Positions 39,773 to 50,263 of a DNA stretch of 64,000 nt are shown here, piece after piece. A program made the translations under genes and the position numbers. This DNA comes from Candidatus Bathyarchaeia archaeon (lineage in GTDB: Archaea > Thermoproteota > Bathyarchaeia > Bathyarchaeales > DTEX01). Under the pieces are notes generated by a model, which was not told the origin of the DNA, did not search any database, and worked only from the letters and a program-made list of their open reading frames with translations. Where the stretch lies: positions 7,375 to 71,374 of the forward strand of contig JAWBXB010000002.1 of NCBI GenBank assembly GCA_038868075.1, read 5' to 3'. The first letter of the stretch is position 1; every line of letters starts with the position of its first letter.

Positions 39773-40756
39773 ATGGTTTTGATCCTCTCAAGATCGGATC
39801 TCGAGAAAATATTGACGATGAAAGATGTGATCGAATCTGTCGAAAGAGCCTTCTTGGAGCTGCAGAAGGGCACAGCTATTCTACCCATGAGAGCCACTAT
39901 AACTCTTACTGAGAAGCGCGGATGGATGGGCGTTATGCCAGCATATCTTGGAGAAATGGGGTCGCTATCAACAAAGATAGTAACGGTATTTGAGAAGAAT
40001 TTGGAAAAGAATTTACCTACAATAATGGCGACAATTCTCTTAAACGATCCAGAGACTGGCGCCCCATTAGCGATAATGGAAGGAACGTTTATTACGGCTA
40101 TGAGAACCGGAGCGGTATGCGGGGTTGCTACCAAATACTTAGCTAGGAAAGATTCAAAAACGGTTGGAATCTTTGGCGCCGGCGTCCAGGCAAGAACACA
40201 GTTAATGGCTGCATGTGCTGTGAGAGACATAGAGAAAGCATTCGTGTATGATATCTTCAAAGATAGGGCGAAGACTTTTGCTGAGGAAATGTCTAAAAAG
40301 CTAGGAATCCTGGTTGAAGTTTCCGAACCAAAAGATTTAGTGTTACACTCAGACATAATAGTTACGGCAACAACGTCTAAAACTCCTGTTTTTGATGGAA
40401 ACTGGGTGAAACCAGGCACCCACTTAAATTTAATAGGCTCTTTTAAGCCTGAGGTTAGGGAAGTAGACGAGATAGTGATAAAAAGATCTAAGATAGTGGT
40501 TGATCAGAAATCAGCAGCATTGGAGGAGGCAGGGGACATAATAATTCCTTTAAAGGCAGGGATAATCACTGAGAAGGATATATACGCTGAACTAGGCGAG
40601 ATTGTAGCTGGATTAAAACCTGGTAGAACATCCGAACGTGAGATCACGCTATTTAAATCTGTAGGTCTAGGGATACAGGACTGCGCTACGGCGTGGTTAG
40701 CGTATACCAGGGCTAAGGAAAGCGGGATCTGTAAAGAAATCGATTTATTTAGCTGA
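39773..40756 (+). CDS. ornithine cyclodeaminase/mu-crystallin-family NAD(P) enzyme
   Basis: 327 aa with a Rossmann motif GIFGAGVQA and OCD-family layout. Confidence 0.75.
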   Translation: MVLILSRSDLEKILTMKDVIESVERAFLELQKGTAILPMRATITLTEKRGWMGVMPAYLGEMGSLSTKIVTVFEKNLEKNLPTIMATILLNDPETGAPLAIMEGTFITAMRTGAVCGVATKYLARKDSKTVGIFGAGVQARTQLMAACAVRDIEKAFVYDIFKDRAKTFAEEMSKKLGILVEVSEPKDLVLHSDIIVTATTSKTPVFDGNWVKPGTHLNLIGSFKPEVREVDEIVIKRSKIVVDQKSAALEEAGDIIIPLKAGIITEKDIYAELGEIVAGLKPGRTSEREITLFKSVGLGIQDCATAWLAYTRAKESGICKEIDLFS

Positions 40757-40790
40757 CATATTTATTTTCTCCAGTTCTTTTTTATTCCCA

Positions 40791-42431
40791 TCAATCAGTA
40801 GGTTTCGCAGATACCTCAATCTTATCGTATTCAGAGAGATCTTTAAGGGTTAATGCTACATCTCTATTAATTAGGATTTCAACATTAAAAAGCCAGGAAT
40901 AAAAGCCGCGATATAATGTTATTGTACCTCTTGGTGTAATCTCTCTTTCAGCGGCATAGGGTTCATTATTTAACGGTTGCCCAGTCCAACAGAGCTTCCC
41001 CTCAGGTATGCCAGCGATATGTATCTGACCTATCCATATACCTATTTCAGGAACACTTGTTATATCTTGATCCCAAGGCCACCTCCTTATCACTACATGC
41101 CAGTAGCCTATTGGAATAACTGGGTCATTACCAATTATCCTTATTGCAGCACCATATGTAGCATTTATACAGGCTGCAACCGTATGCTTAGCCCATAAAT
41201 CATTACCAGGCCAGTCTGGGAAATATGTGTTTACATCCTCCGTTAGAAAGAAAGTTCCATCTTTAACCGAGAGCAAAGGTATAGCGAGTCCACCGCAACC
41301 GAACCAATTATAATATTCATAGCCGCTTCCGGGAGCTGCTCCCGGTCCCTGATTCAAATCTCCAGTCATTTCTAGAGAAAACTTGTATAGGATCCTCGGA
41401 TTATTATATGGAATTGCAAAGAACTCGTATCCTACTCCTAAATTGCCTCTGAGGAACCACTTTCTAGCGTAAATGGCAAGTAATGGTCCTTCTGTCTCAA
41501 TATATGTTTCGCATTTAATGTCTTTGTTAAGCGCATTCATCGGTCCAAAGTAGTATAAGGAGGATTGTAAGAAGCCCTGAGACCATGCTTGCCCAGCACC
41601 CGCATTTGGATCCCAGTGACCAAAAATATATTTTCTGGCGAGATTTACGCTTTCACGCATATCGCTTACGAAATCTATTTCACCTCTATATTCCTCATTA
41701 AATCCTATTTTTATAATATTATTGCTGATAATAACGTAATTCTCATTTCTCCTGGTTATTTCAATCATGCCAGTCTCAGGAGGTATTTGACCCTGCTCAC
41801 CTAATTTAATTGTATAAGTCTTTTTGCCCGTAGGCGCCATTGTAGCCATAAACGTTATTGTCGCAGTTTTAATGTAGCCGCTTTCATAGCGAACTATTCC
41901 CCATATTTGGCAGGGTACTGAATTTTCTCCCTCATAAACCGCTATTTTTGGCTCGGAGAGCTCACCATCTGCGAAAAACATGTTAAAGTGAACCATGTCA
42001 TTCCATTCCTCATTCCTATTATTCTGTAAGTTGAGACGAATCTGCGTAAATTCTGGAGCCTGCTTATTAAACTCTACTGTTCCACCACTAGTTTCTACCG
42101 TTATCTTATATTCTCTTCCATTCCACGGGTAATAAACATTTAGTACTCCACTACTTTTGGGAATGATCAGCAGATTTCTGGGAGCCCACATATTCCATAC
42201 TTCATCATTAATCATAACCCTATTTACCGTAATGTTATTGTCGCCTAAATTTCTCAACTCAATTTTTATTACTCTGTTAAGGGAAAATAGATGCGCATCG
42301 ATAGAAAACTCTATGCTTGCCACTTCAATAGGGCTACCGCTCTGTTGAAACAGAAGGAAGTAAGCAAGTGAACCAGCAATAACTACGATAATAGATATGG
42401 GAATAATCAAGCGTTTAATTAGAGAGCTCAA
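40791..42431 (-). CDS. hypothetical membrane-anchored extracytoplasmic protein
   Basis: 546 aa. It has a single N-terminal TM (LIIPISIIVVIAGSLAYFLLF) and is aromatic and Gly rich. No catalytic motif was recognised. Confidence 0.5.
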   Translation of the reverse strand: MSSLIKRLIIPISIIVVIAGSLAYFLLFQQSGSPIEVASIEFSIDAHLFSLNRVIKIELRNLGDNNITVNRVMINDEVWNMWAPRNLLIIPKSSGVLNVYYPWNGREYKITVETSGGTVEFNKQAPEFTQIRLNLQNNRNEEWNDMVHFNMFFADGELSEPKIAVYEGENSVPCQIWGIVRYESGYIKTATITFMATMAPTGKKTYTIKLGEQGQIPPETGMIEITRRNENYVIISNNIIKIGFNEEYRGEIDFVSDMRESVNLARKYIFGHWDPNAGAGQAWSQGFLQSSLYYFGPMNALNKDIKCETYIETEGPLLAIYARKWFLRGNLGVGYEFFAIPYNNPRILYKFSLEMTGDLNQGPGAAPGSGYEYYNWFGCGGLAIPLLSVKDGTFFLTEDVNTYFPDWPGNDLWAKHTVAACINATYGAAIRIIGNDPVIPIGYWHVVIRRWPWDQDITSVPEIGIWIGQIHIAGIPEGKLCWTGQPLNNEPYAAEREITPRGTITLYRGFYSWLFNVEILINRDVALTLKDLSEYDKIEVSAKPTD

Positions 42432-42619
42432 GATTATCCCCCAGACAATTAGGCTTTCTCACTACAAAAATAATTAAAAATAGTGATTTAAATTTTCTCA
42501 ATATATTTTAATTAAAGGGATTTTTAGACCATCAAAGTTTAAAACTAAATCTTATGAAAGATTGGAACATTTAGTCTCTAATTACCAAAATACTAGGAGG
42601 GATTTAATTAAAAATTTAG

Positions 42620-42722
42620 TGGGCCGGGCCGGATTCGAACCGGCGATCTTCGCCGCTCTCAATCATTTGGGGATGATTTTGTTTGTGAGGGCGACGTCCT
42701 AACCGAGCTAGACTACCGGCCC
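42620..42722 (-). tRNA. tRNA-Val(CAC) with one canonical intron, no encoded CCA
   Basis: On the minus strand: GGGCCGG-TA-GTCT-AGCTCGGTTA-GGAC-G-TCGCC-CTCACA[28-nt intron]C-GGCGA-AGATC-GCCGG-TTCGAAT-CCGGC-CCGGCCC-A. Confidence 0.85.
42656..42683 (-). other. tRNA-Val intron at position 37/38
   Basis: The central 4-bp helix pairs CUCA (nt 32-35) with UGAG at the intron 3' end. The bulges are CA|A and AG|C. The intron hairpin pairs AUCAU with AUGAU. Confidence 0.7.
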
Positions 42723-42952
42723 ATTCAATCTTTAGAAGACTGTTTTCTCCTTATATTCTTTTAGATTAATTGCACGGAGGATGTTTTAAATGCTATGAAG
42801 ACTTTAACTTTCTTCCATTTTAGCTTCAACTTTAACCTTAATTATGTGCCTAAGATCCGATATTTTGGGGTGATTTTGTCCTCAAACACATTTCTGGCGC
42901 TCAATAGGTGAAATGAATGGACCCTTCGCTGTAAACCTATAATATACTGGTA

Positions 42953-44188
42953 TTAGCATTTATGCTTAAGTTCCTCTATGTTCTCCCTTATCTTCTCTAA
43001 TGCAGCCACTATATCCTCCATATCCTCTTTTGTTCCTAGAAGAACGTAGTGTGGAAGCCATAAACCCTCATAATAGCATGCTCTCTCGGTCACTGGCATT
43101 TTAATGCTGGAGTAATCGATTTGTTTAGCATAGTATGGACATGAGAGCGGACACATCTTAAAATATTCTAGGTAAGATTCTTTATAGAGCGGCTTAGAAT
43201 ATCCCACGCTTACAGGTATGCCCTCAGCTTGCAGGGCTTTGGCAATAACTGCCTTAGATACCCTGCCGAAAGCTTCCGGCTTAATTTTGAATATGTATAG
43301 GTGGTATGCATGTCTTGTTACTCTTTCATCATCTTTAAGCGGCTTTACACCGTCTATTTTCCGGAACTTACCATTTAAGTAGCGGGCATTTTCCATTCGC
43401 TTATTAATTTGCTCATCAATTCTCTCCATTTGAGCCAATAATATCGCGGCTTGAAACTCCGTCATGCGGTAATTTGCTCCAGGAAGGTAATGCTCATGTG
43501 GTGCCTCTTGTGGTAACCTGCCACAATTATGTAGAGCCCATGCCATAATATATAAACTCTCGTCGTTTGTGACTATTATTCCACCTTCGCCGCTAGTAAT
43601 GTTTTTGCTTGATTGAAAACTAAATGCTCCCATATTACCTATTGCGCCAACCCTTCTACCCTTCCATTCCGCGCCCCAGGCTTGACATGCATCTTCAATA
43701 ATATATAGGTTATTTTTTCTTGCTATAGACAATAATGCATCCATGTCTGCGGGTCTGCCACCAATATGAACTGGCATAATAGCTTTAGTTTTATCTGATA
43801 TTACCGATTCAACACTTTTAGGGTCAATAGTATATGTTTCCGGGTCTATATCGGCGAATACTGGAATAGCGTTTACATATAGGACCGTTAAGGGCGTAGC
43901 CATAAAGGTATATGAAGGAACTATAACTTCATCACCGCATCCTATTCCAAGAGACCTTAATGATATTTCTAAAGCTGCGGTTCCACTTGTAACTGCAACC
44001 CCATACTTGGCATGCTGATAAGCTGCAAATTTTTCTTCAAACTCACTTTTTCTTGAGCCGCCTATACCCCAAAAACCACTCTCTAAAACTTCTTTTAGAG
44101 CCTTCATCTCCCTCTCATCAAATATAGGCCACTTTGGGAAAGGTTTCTTTCTGACGGGTTCCCCTCCATTCAGAGCAAGCTTAGCCAA
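42953..44188 (-). CDS. DegT/DnrJ/EryC1/StrS-family PLP-dependent sugar aminotransferase
   Basis: 411 aa. It has the typical start LNGGEPVRKKPFPKWP and a FQSSKNITSGEGG PLP-lysine region. Confidence 0.8.
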   Translation of the reverse strand: MAKLALNGGEPVRKKPFPKWPIFDEREMKALKEVLESGFWGIGGSRKSEFEEKFAAYQHAKYGVAVTSGTAALEISLRSLGIGCGDEVIVPSYTFMATPLTVLYVNAIPVFADIDPETYTIDPKSVESVISDKTKAIMPVHIGGRPADMDALLSIARKNNLYIIEDACQAWGAEWKGRRVGAIGNMGAFSFQSSKNITSGEGGIIVTNDESLYIMAWALHNCGRLPQEAPHEHYLPGANYRMTEFQAAILLAQMERIDEQINKRMENARYLNGKFRKIDGVKPLKDDERVTRHAYHLYIFKIKPEAFGRVSKAVIAKALQAEGIPVSVGYSKPLYKESYLEYFKMCPLSCPYYAKQIDYSSIKMPVTERACYYEGLWLPHYVLLGTKEDMEDIVAALEKIRENIEELKHKC

Positions 44189-44296
44189 GTCTCATCCCTT
44201 CTACTTGAAAAATTCGCAGTCTCATATTTATTGTTAGAGATATCCCTTTATCACAAGAAATAAATTATTATAAATTACTGTAATTTTGGTGATTGA

Positions 44297-44941
44297 ATGA
44301 TCGAAAAAATAGTTGAAGCTCTTGAAGGTTGCGAGATGATTGATTTGTCCGAGGAAGTTCAACCGAATATCTTAAAGGTTAATGGACGATATTTGCGTGG
44401 AAATCAGACTAGAAAATTCTATCTACAGCAATTTATAAATGCTGATGATGGAACATATATGCACTTCATCGAATCTGAATCGCATATTGGCACGCATGTT
44501 GAAGGTCCATCACATTTGCGGGATGATCTTAAATCGCTTATAGAGATTCCTCTTGAAAAATTTATTGGTGAAGCAGTTGTCTTGAAATTTGAAGCGGAGA
44601 CTCTCATAAAGCCTGAGCATCTTAACAAAGTTAGGGAAAATGATATTGTACTTCTCTGGAGCGCTGGTGGAGCATACATAACTCCTAAGGCGGCAGAGTA
44701 TCTTGTAAATAAACGGATTAAGATGCTCGGTATTCAAGGGATCAAGCTAGAGGATCCTAAGGTGGGAAGAAAATTAATAACTCATAAACTTCTCTTGGAG
44801 AATGATATACCAATAATTGAAGGGCTAACTAATCTAGACAAGATTAGGCATGAACGTATATTCTTTATCGGGTTGCCATTAAGAATATCTTGTCTGGATT
44901 CCTCATGGATAAGAGCTATAGCGCTTGAGCCCAAAATTTAA
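44297..44941 (+). CDS. putative cyclase-family (kynurenine formamidase-like) metal hydrolase
   Basis: 214 aa with an SHIGTHVEGPSH motif. Confidence 0.6.
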   Translation: MIEKIVEALEGCEMIDLSEEVQPNILKVNGRYLRGNQTRKFYLQQFINADDGTYMHFIESESHIGTHVEGPSHLRDDLKSLIEIPLEKFIGEAVVLKFEAETLIKPEHLNKVRENDIVLLWSAGGAYITPKAAEYLVNKRIKMLGIQGIKLEDPKVGRKLITHKLLLENDIPIIEGLTNLDKIRHERIFFIGLPLRISCLDSSWIRAIALEPKI

Positions 44942-45023
44942 TCGGGATGAAGCCCAAGGATCATGTTAGAGCAAGAGCAACATTAAAACATTTCCACTCA
45001 ATATTTCTCCTAAGTAGTTTACT

Positions 45024-46112
45024 ATGAGTAAAGAGAATATTCATAGAATTGAAGCATATTGCATTAAAGTCCCGAAATATCTTGGTGAGAGAGCTATTAA
45101 TGTAGCGGCTAAACTTAACCTTCTTAACAGGGACCTAAAAATATCTAGGGTGGGAGACTACCTCTTTATACCTCTCAGAGAAAAACCGACAAGAGAAAAG
45201 GTTAATGAAATTAAGCAGGAAATTCCTCAATTCGAAGTATTAGTTCATGATTTTTTGAGTCAAGAGAAAATGCCTAAAAGTATAATTGATGTTTTAGAGG
45301 ATTCGTTACCTCCATACCTCTTGGCAAGTCTCCCCCGCTCAATAGACTTTATCGGCGACTTAGCTATTCTAGAGATTCCTGAAGAACTTGAAAATTATAA
45401 GAAAATAATTGGTGAAGCAGTGCTCAAAGTGTTTAAACATGTAAGATCAGTGCTTGCTAAGTCTAGCGCTGTTAAGGGTATTTATCGCACAAGAGAATAT
45501 GAGGTTATAGCTGGCTCTGAAAATACTGAAACAATACATAAAGAATATGGATGTAAATACTTTCTTGATCCAAGAAAAGTCTATTTTTCGCCCAGACTGT
45601 CTTATGAACGCTATAGGGTTGCGTCACAGGTTAATGAAGGTGAGACCATTATAGATATGTTTGCAGGGGTTGGTCCCTTCTCGATCCTGATAGCTAAAAC
45701 CCATAGAAATGTAAAAATTTATTCAATTGATATAAACCCTGATGCTATAGAATACTTAAAAAGGAACATTTACGTGAATGGGGTTTTTGGGAAGATTTAT
45801 CCGATATTTGGCGATTCAAGGGAGATTATTCTAAATAGATTATGTGGAGTGGCTGATAGGGTCATAATGAACCTCCCAGAAAGAGCTATAGAATATATTG
45901 ATGTTGCATGTGTTGCTCTTAGATCATCAGGCGGAATAATCCACTATTACGAATTTTCTAGCGGTCCATATGCTATTGAGGAAGCGAGGAAGCGACTGAT
46001 AGATACAATAAGTAATGCTGGAAGGATAGTGGAAGCTATTATTTCAGAGAGAATCGTTAAGGAGGTTGCGCCATATAAATGGCAGATATCAATAGATGTA
46101 AAGGTTGTTTAA
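45024..46112 (+). CDS. trm5: tRNA (guanine37-N1)-methyltransferase Trm5/Taw22 family
   Basis: 362 aa. It has the Met-10+ domain with the SAM motif IIDMFAGVGPFSI and an NLPE motif. Confidence 0.75.
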   Translation: MSKENIHRIEAYCIKVPKYLGERAINVAAKLNLLNRDLKISRVGDYLFIPLREKPTREKVNEIKQEIPQFEVLVHDFLSQEKMPKSIIDVLEDSLPPYLLASLPRSIDFIGDLAILEIPEELENYKKIIGEAVLKVFKHVRSVLAKSSAVKGIYRTREYEVIAGSENTETIHKEYGCKYFLDPRKVYFSPRLSYERYRVASQVNEGETIIDMFAGVGPFSILIAKTHRNVKIYSIDINPDAIEYLKRNIYVNGVFGKIYPIFGDSREIILNRLCGVADRVIMNLPERAIEYIDVACVALRSSGGIIHYYEFSSGPYAIEEARKRLIDTISNAGRIVEAIISERIVKEVAPYKWQISIDVKVV

Positions 46113-46321
46113 ATGATAGTTTTTGTCGCAATGCTAAAAATAATTCTTGGTTAAACTCATATTGCTAATAAAAATCTTGAACTAAGTAAAAAGGGCGAGT
46201 ATTAGCGACTAAAAGAGCTTGGAAAAGATACTGCTATGGGAGAGTTTATAATACTATTGATTGTTTATGGTAGTAAATAATACGAATCATAGGGTTCTCA
46301 GAAACCTAATCTATTATAAGG

Positions 46322-47179
46322 TCATTGTCTAAACAAGGTGTCAAGAATTGGTTTGTAAGAATATAAAATCTTGCTGATATTATTAAGGGTGTCATTTTCC
46401 AGTTTTGCAAATTTTTCTTCAACAATATTTAAGATCAGACTTGAGAGTTCCTTTGGTAAATGACTTACATAGTTTTTTAGATATTCTTTTATCTCGTTAC
46501 CAAAGTCTTCACTATTCAATAATGGTATTGCACAACCAATCGGTTTAAAAAGTCCCATTATATATAAGGCTTCAAGTAAGGGATTACCCTGTGAAAGGTT
46601 CCATGAGACTAAATCATCCTCTGATATTTTCAGTAGAAATTTTACGAATGCTGCTTGATCCTCTATATATCCATGTTGACATAATAAGCGAGTCACCTCA
46701 TAATCCTTAACTGCTACTGATGCCAAATAAAGAAGATCCGTAGCATATTTCTCTGAGAAATTAAATAATCTCATTAATTCAAGTAATGGTTTAGGGAAAG
46801 TAAGAAAATAATATTCTATGCTTCCATGAAGAATTGTATGTCCAACTTCATGGTGTACTCCGCCAACAATAACCAATTTGGGCAAATCCCTTAATCTATC
46901 GAGACATAAAATTATCCTAGGGATTCCTCTCCAGGCATCATGCATAGCAAAGAAAAACTCCTCAAACCCTGATGTTTTTACCCCAATCCTCTCGCGTTCC
47001 CTTGATAAAAAGGCTTCAGCAAGTGATGACTTCTCAAAAACATATAAATCAACTAAAGAAACATTGTGAGGTTTAAGTCTATTATAACATTCCTTCATAA
47101 GTTTTATAATCATGTCTAGATCGTTCTCAGAGACTTTGCCGTATTTTGAAATAACTATGCGGGTCAAATTATTGCCCAC
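46322..47179 (-). CDS. hypothetical protein with an HExxH zinc-metallopeptidase motif
   Basis: 285 aa containing GGVHHEVGHTILHG. I did not recognise the family. Confidence 0.45.
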   Translation of the reverse strand: MGNNLTRIVISKYGKVSENDLDMIIKLMKECYNRLKPHNVSLVDLYVFEKSSLAEAFLSRERERIGVKTSGFEEFFFAMHDAWRGIPRIILCLDRLRDLPKLVIVGGVHHEVGHTILHGSIEYYFLTFPKPLLELMRLFNFSEKYATDLLYLASVAVKDYEVTRLLCQHGYIEDQAAFVKFLLKISEDDLVSWNLSQGNPLLEALYIMGLFKPIGCAIPLLNSEDFGNEIKEYLKNYVSHLPKELSSLILNIVEEKFAKLENDTLNNISKILYSYKPILDTLFRQ

Positions 47180-47339
47180 AAGATAATCGACATTAATTCA
47201 TTATTAAATGTTGTTAGTGACATCTGTGCACACATCTACCAGAGCAAATTTTGGCTAGGAACTTTAGTGAACTTAAACCTAAAAAATAGATATAGTTAGG
47301 AGGGATACGTCAGCATTGATATATTGAGGGACGGTGGGA

Positions 47340-47555
47340 TCACTCTTGTTTATGTATCATTTCTAGATATTGCTTAAGCTTATCAAATATTTCATTAGCT
47401 TTTACTTCCTCAGCGCTCTCTGGAAACATAAATTGATATTTGCCCTGCCCTATATCCCTCAAAATAAAATACTTTTTACCAAATTCAAAGTAGATGTAGT
47501 CTCTTCCAAACTCAATATCCCATTTCTTCGCTTTCTCACTCATACTTGATCCCAT
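47340..47555 (-). CDS. hypothetical small protein
   Basis: 71-aa ORF with no recognisable motif. Confidence 0.3.
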   Translation of the reverse strand: MGSSMSEKAKKWDIEFGRDYIYFEFGKKYFILRDIGQGKYQFMFPESAEEVKANEIFDKLKQYLEMIHKQE

Positions 47556-47743
47556 CGATACGATGAATTAACTAATATTAAAGGCTTTTTAAATATGAGT
47601 AGCAAATCAACAATTAAGAAATTCTCTTATTGACGTATTAGTGAAGTTAATAATCAAAGTTTTCAAAAGAGAATCGAAGATAATTGATGAAAGACTTAAA
47701 CTATCCAGCCAAATTAATGGCTTAATAGGATGAATAGTTCTTT

Positions 47744-49018
47744 TTAAACCCTAACTTTAGGGATTAAACTAAAATCTCCTGTATAAGCAGCTTCTAAAGT
47801 TGGCTTAATTAGTCTATCAACATCTCCAGCTTCAGATCTTATGGGTATTGGCATATTTTCCAGCTTCATCTTTAATTGCGGATCTTTAGCAGCGTTTACC
47901 ATGCGTTCAATATGTTTTTCTGTTACTCCAGCCTCCTTTAATGTTATTGGAAACCCTATTGCTTTAGAGAATGTTATCATTCCTTCAGCAACGGCTTCGG
48001 CAAGCTCCCTCCCTTTTAATTTTGTCTTATCTGAATCAACGTAGCCGTTCTTCGCATATATCTTGACAATCTTTTTAAGCTGATCCTGAATTACGGGCGA
48101 GAATAAAATAGTATAATAAGGGTTTAAAATAGCACATGCCCTTCCATGTGTAAGTACATCAACAAGTGAGAAGCTGCCGAGGTGCGGACCGTTAGTTCCA
48201 CCTAGCATTATAGAGTATCCGCCTAAGTCTGTTCCAAGCCCAAGAGCATATCTTGCATCGAGATCTTCACCATTCCTGAGCGCTCTTGGAAGAGCCTCAA
48301 TTATGAGCTTTATTCCAGTATAGGCTACCTCACTTATTTTTTCGTAATTTGCTTTTCCAGCGGCTCCCATCCAAACCTCCCAACAATGGGATACTCCATC
48401 AAGCGCCCCATCTTTTGTCAGTTCCGGAGGCATACTTTTGGTGATATCATATTGAAATATAGATGCCCTAGGTACAATTGAATCATCAACTATTAGTTTT
48501 TTCTGGCAATTTATGATGTCCGTTACATTTGAGTATTTAGTTAAGTGTGATGCCGAGCTACTAGCTGTTTGTATTGCTATTAGCGGTATCTTTTCACCGC
48601 CAGATTTAGATGAAACTAATCCTGTTCCAAAATAATCATCTATTACGCCACCATAAAGTGCTAGAATTAGCGCTGCTTTAGCACCATCAATAACACTGCC
48701 TCCCCCTATAGTAATGACGCCATTACATCTTAACTTGGTGAGCTGATATGCAAGCCTATAAACATCTTCTTTCGGCGTATTCTGACGGGCTCCATCCAAG
48801 ACATCTAAAACTTCATATCCAGATCTTTCAAGAGAGTCTATAACAAAATCAACCACTCCGGTACTTCTACCAGTTTTACCGCTTATAACCGCCACCCTTC
48901 TCCCAATTCTGCTAATATATTTATTGAGTCTTTCCAATGCATTATAACCGAACGAATAATCCTCACCTTTAAACTCCCAAAGAAGTTTTTCAGTAGTTTT
49001 TCTAGCATTTTGACTCAA
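47744..49018 (-). CDS. iron-containing (group III) alcohol dehydrogenase-family protein
   Basis: 424 aa. It has a GGGSVIDGAKA motif and a downstream His-rich metal site (HCWEV, GPHLG). Confidence 0.7.
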   Translation of the reverse strand: MSQNARKTTEKLLWEFKGEDYSFGYNALERLNKYISRIGRRVAVISGKTGRSTGVVDFVIDSLERSGYEVLDVLDGARQNTPKEDVYRLAYQLTKLRCNGVITIGGGSVIDGAKAALILALYGGVIDDYFGTGLVSSKSGGEKIPLIAIQTASSSASHLTKYSNVTDIINCQKKLIVDDSIVPRASIFQYDITKSMPPELTKDGALDGVSHCWEVWMGAAGKANYEKISEVAYTGIKLIIEALPRALRNGEDLDARYALGLGTDLGGYSIMLGGTNGPHLGSFSLVDVLTHGRACAILNPYYTILFSPVIQDQLKKIVKIYAKNGYVDSDKTKLKGRELAEAVAEGMITFSKAIGFPITLKEAGVTEKHIERMVNAAKDPQLKMKLENMPIPIRSEAGDVDRLIKPTLEAAYTGDFSLIPKVRV

Positions 49019-49035
49019 TTCTGTTACCCCGCCAT

Positions 49036-50037
49036 TTATAGAGTTGGGAGCGGTTTAATCTTCATTACTTCTGGATTTACTAGGTTCGGCGGTATCTTTC
49101 CCTCAAAAAATGCTATCAAATTTTCAGCGACTACCTCAGCCATTTTTGAACGTGTTTCATAGCTAGCGCTTGCAATATGCGGTGTTAAAATCACATTATC
49201 GAGTGTTAGTAATGGATTATCCACTGATATAGGCTCCTTGTCGAAAACGTCTAATGCGGCTCCAGCAAGTCTTCCCTCTTTAAGCGCCTCATAAAGAGCT
49301 TTTTCATCGATTATTGCTCCTCTAGCAGTATTTATTAAGTAAGCTGTCTTCTTGATAAGTTTCAGTTTCTCGGCATCTATCAGATGATAGGTTTCTTTAG
49401 TTAGGGGAACATGGATGCTTATAAAATCTGATTCTCTTAATAAAGTGTCTAAATCAACGAATTTTGCGCCAGTTTCTTTTTCCATTTGTGGGTTTGGAGC
49501 AATATCGTAATAAAGTATCTTCATGTTAAAGCATTTGGCTCTCCTAGCAACAGCCGAGCCTATTCTTCCAGCCCCTATTATACCTAAAGTTGCTCCATAA
49601 ATATCCTTACCAAGTAGCATTTTCGGATGCCAACCAACCTTCCATTTTCCCTCTCGCACATATTTGTCTGCCTCAACAACTCGTCTGGCAATAGCCATTA
49701 GGAGAGCCCATGTGAAATCAGCGGTTGTTTCAGTTAGAACTCCGGGAGTATTAGTTACATATACGCCTCTTCTAGTGGCCTCCTCAATATCTATATTATC
49801 GTAGCCAACAGCCATTTGAGCAATTATCTTCAGTTTAGGTGCGGCATCAAAAACTTCTGAATCAATTTTATCGGACAAAAGTGTTACCAAGGCGTCAACA
49901 TCCTTAGCCTTCTCAATTATAACCTTTTTTGGTGGTGGACCGTAATCAGGCCAAACTTCAGCTTCAAAACGCTCCATAATCATCTTTAATCCGCTTTCAG
50001 GGATTTCACGGGTAATATAAACTTTAGGTTTATTCAT
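49036..50037 (-). CDS. gyaR: D-isomer-specific 2-hydroxyacid dehydrogenase (glyoxylate/hydroxypyruvate reductase type)
   Basis: 333 aa with GIIGAGRIG and ARG..ID..AL...L..G.L.GA.LDVF..EP. Confidence 0.75.
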   Translation of the reverse strand: MNKPKVYITREIPESGLKMIMERFEAEVWPDYGPPPKKVIIEKAKDVDALVTLLSDKIDSEVFDAAPKLKIIAQMAVGYDNIDIEEATRRGVYVTNTPGVLTETTADFTWALLMAIARRVVEADKYVREGKWKVGWHPKMLLGKDIYGATLGIIGAGRIGSAVARRAKCFNMKILYYDIAPNPQMEKETGAKFVDLDTLLRESDFISIHVPLTKETYHLIDAEKLKLIKKTAYLINTARGAIIDEKALYEALKEGRLAGAALDVFDKEPISVDNPLLTLDNVILTPHIASASYETRSKMAEVVAENLIAFFEGKIPPNLVNPEVMKIKPLPTL

Positions 50038-50263
50038 AGATATCCCACATCTAGTAAGTCTCAGAAATATTAATTATTTTGTCGTTTTCCCTCATAAGAT
50101 TGATGAAAAATCCCATATAACCTTTCATAACCGTCTTTTAACAAGATCGCTGATTAATTCTCTTTCATGTTTTACTGAAAAGAGGTTTATCCCTAGAACT
50201 ATAAGGAGTCTAAATTCCTCTTTGAGAGAAATTATTTAAAAATGTAAGGCATTATTTCTTTAG

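Noticed and set aside
39754-40419. 221-aa minus-strand ORF antisense to the OCD-family gene
   Set aside because: The plus-strand frame has the Rossmann motif and full-length family similarity. The antisense frame has none.
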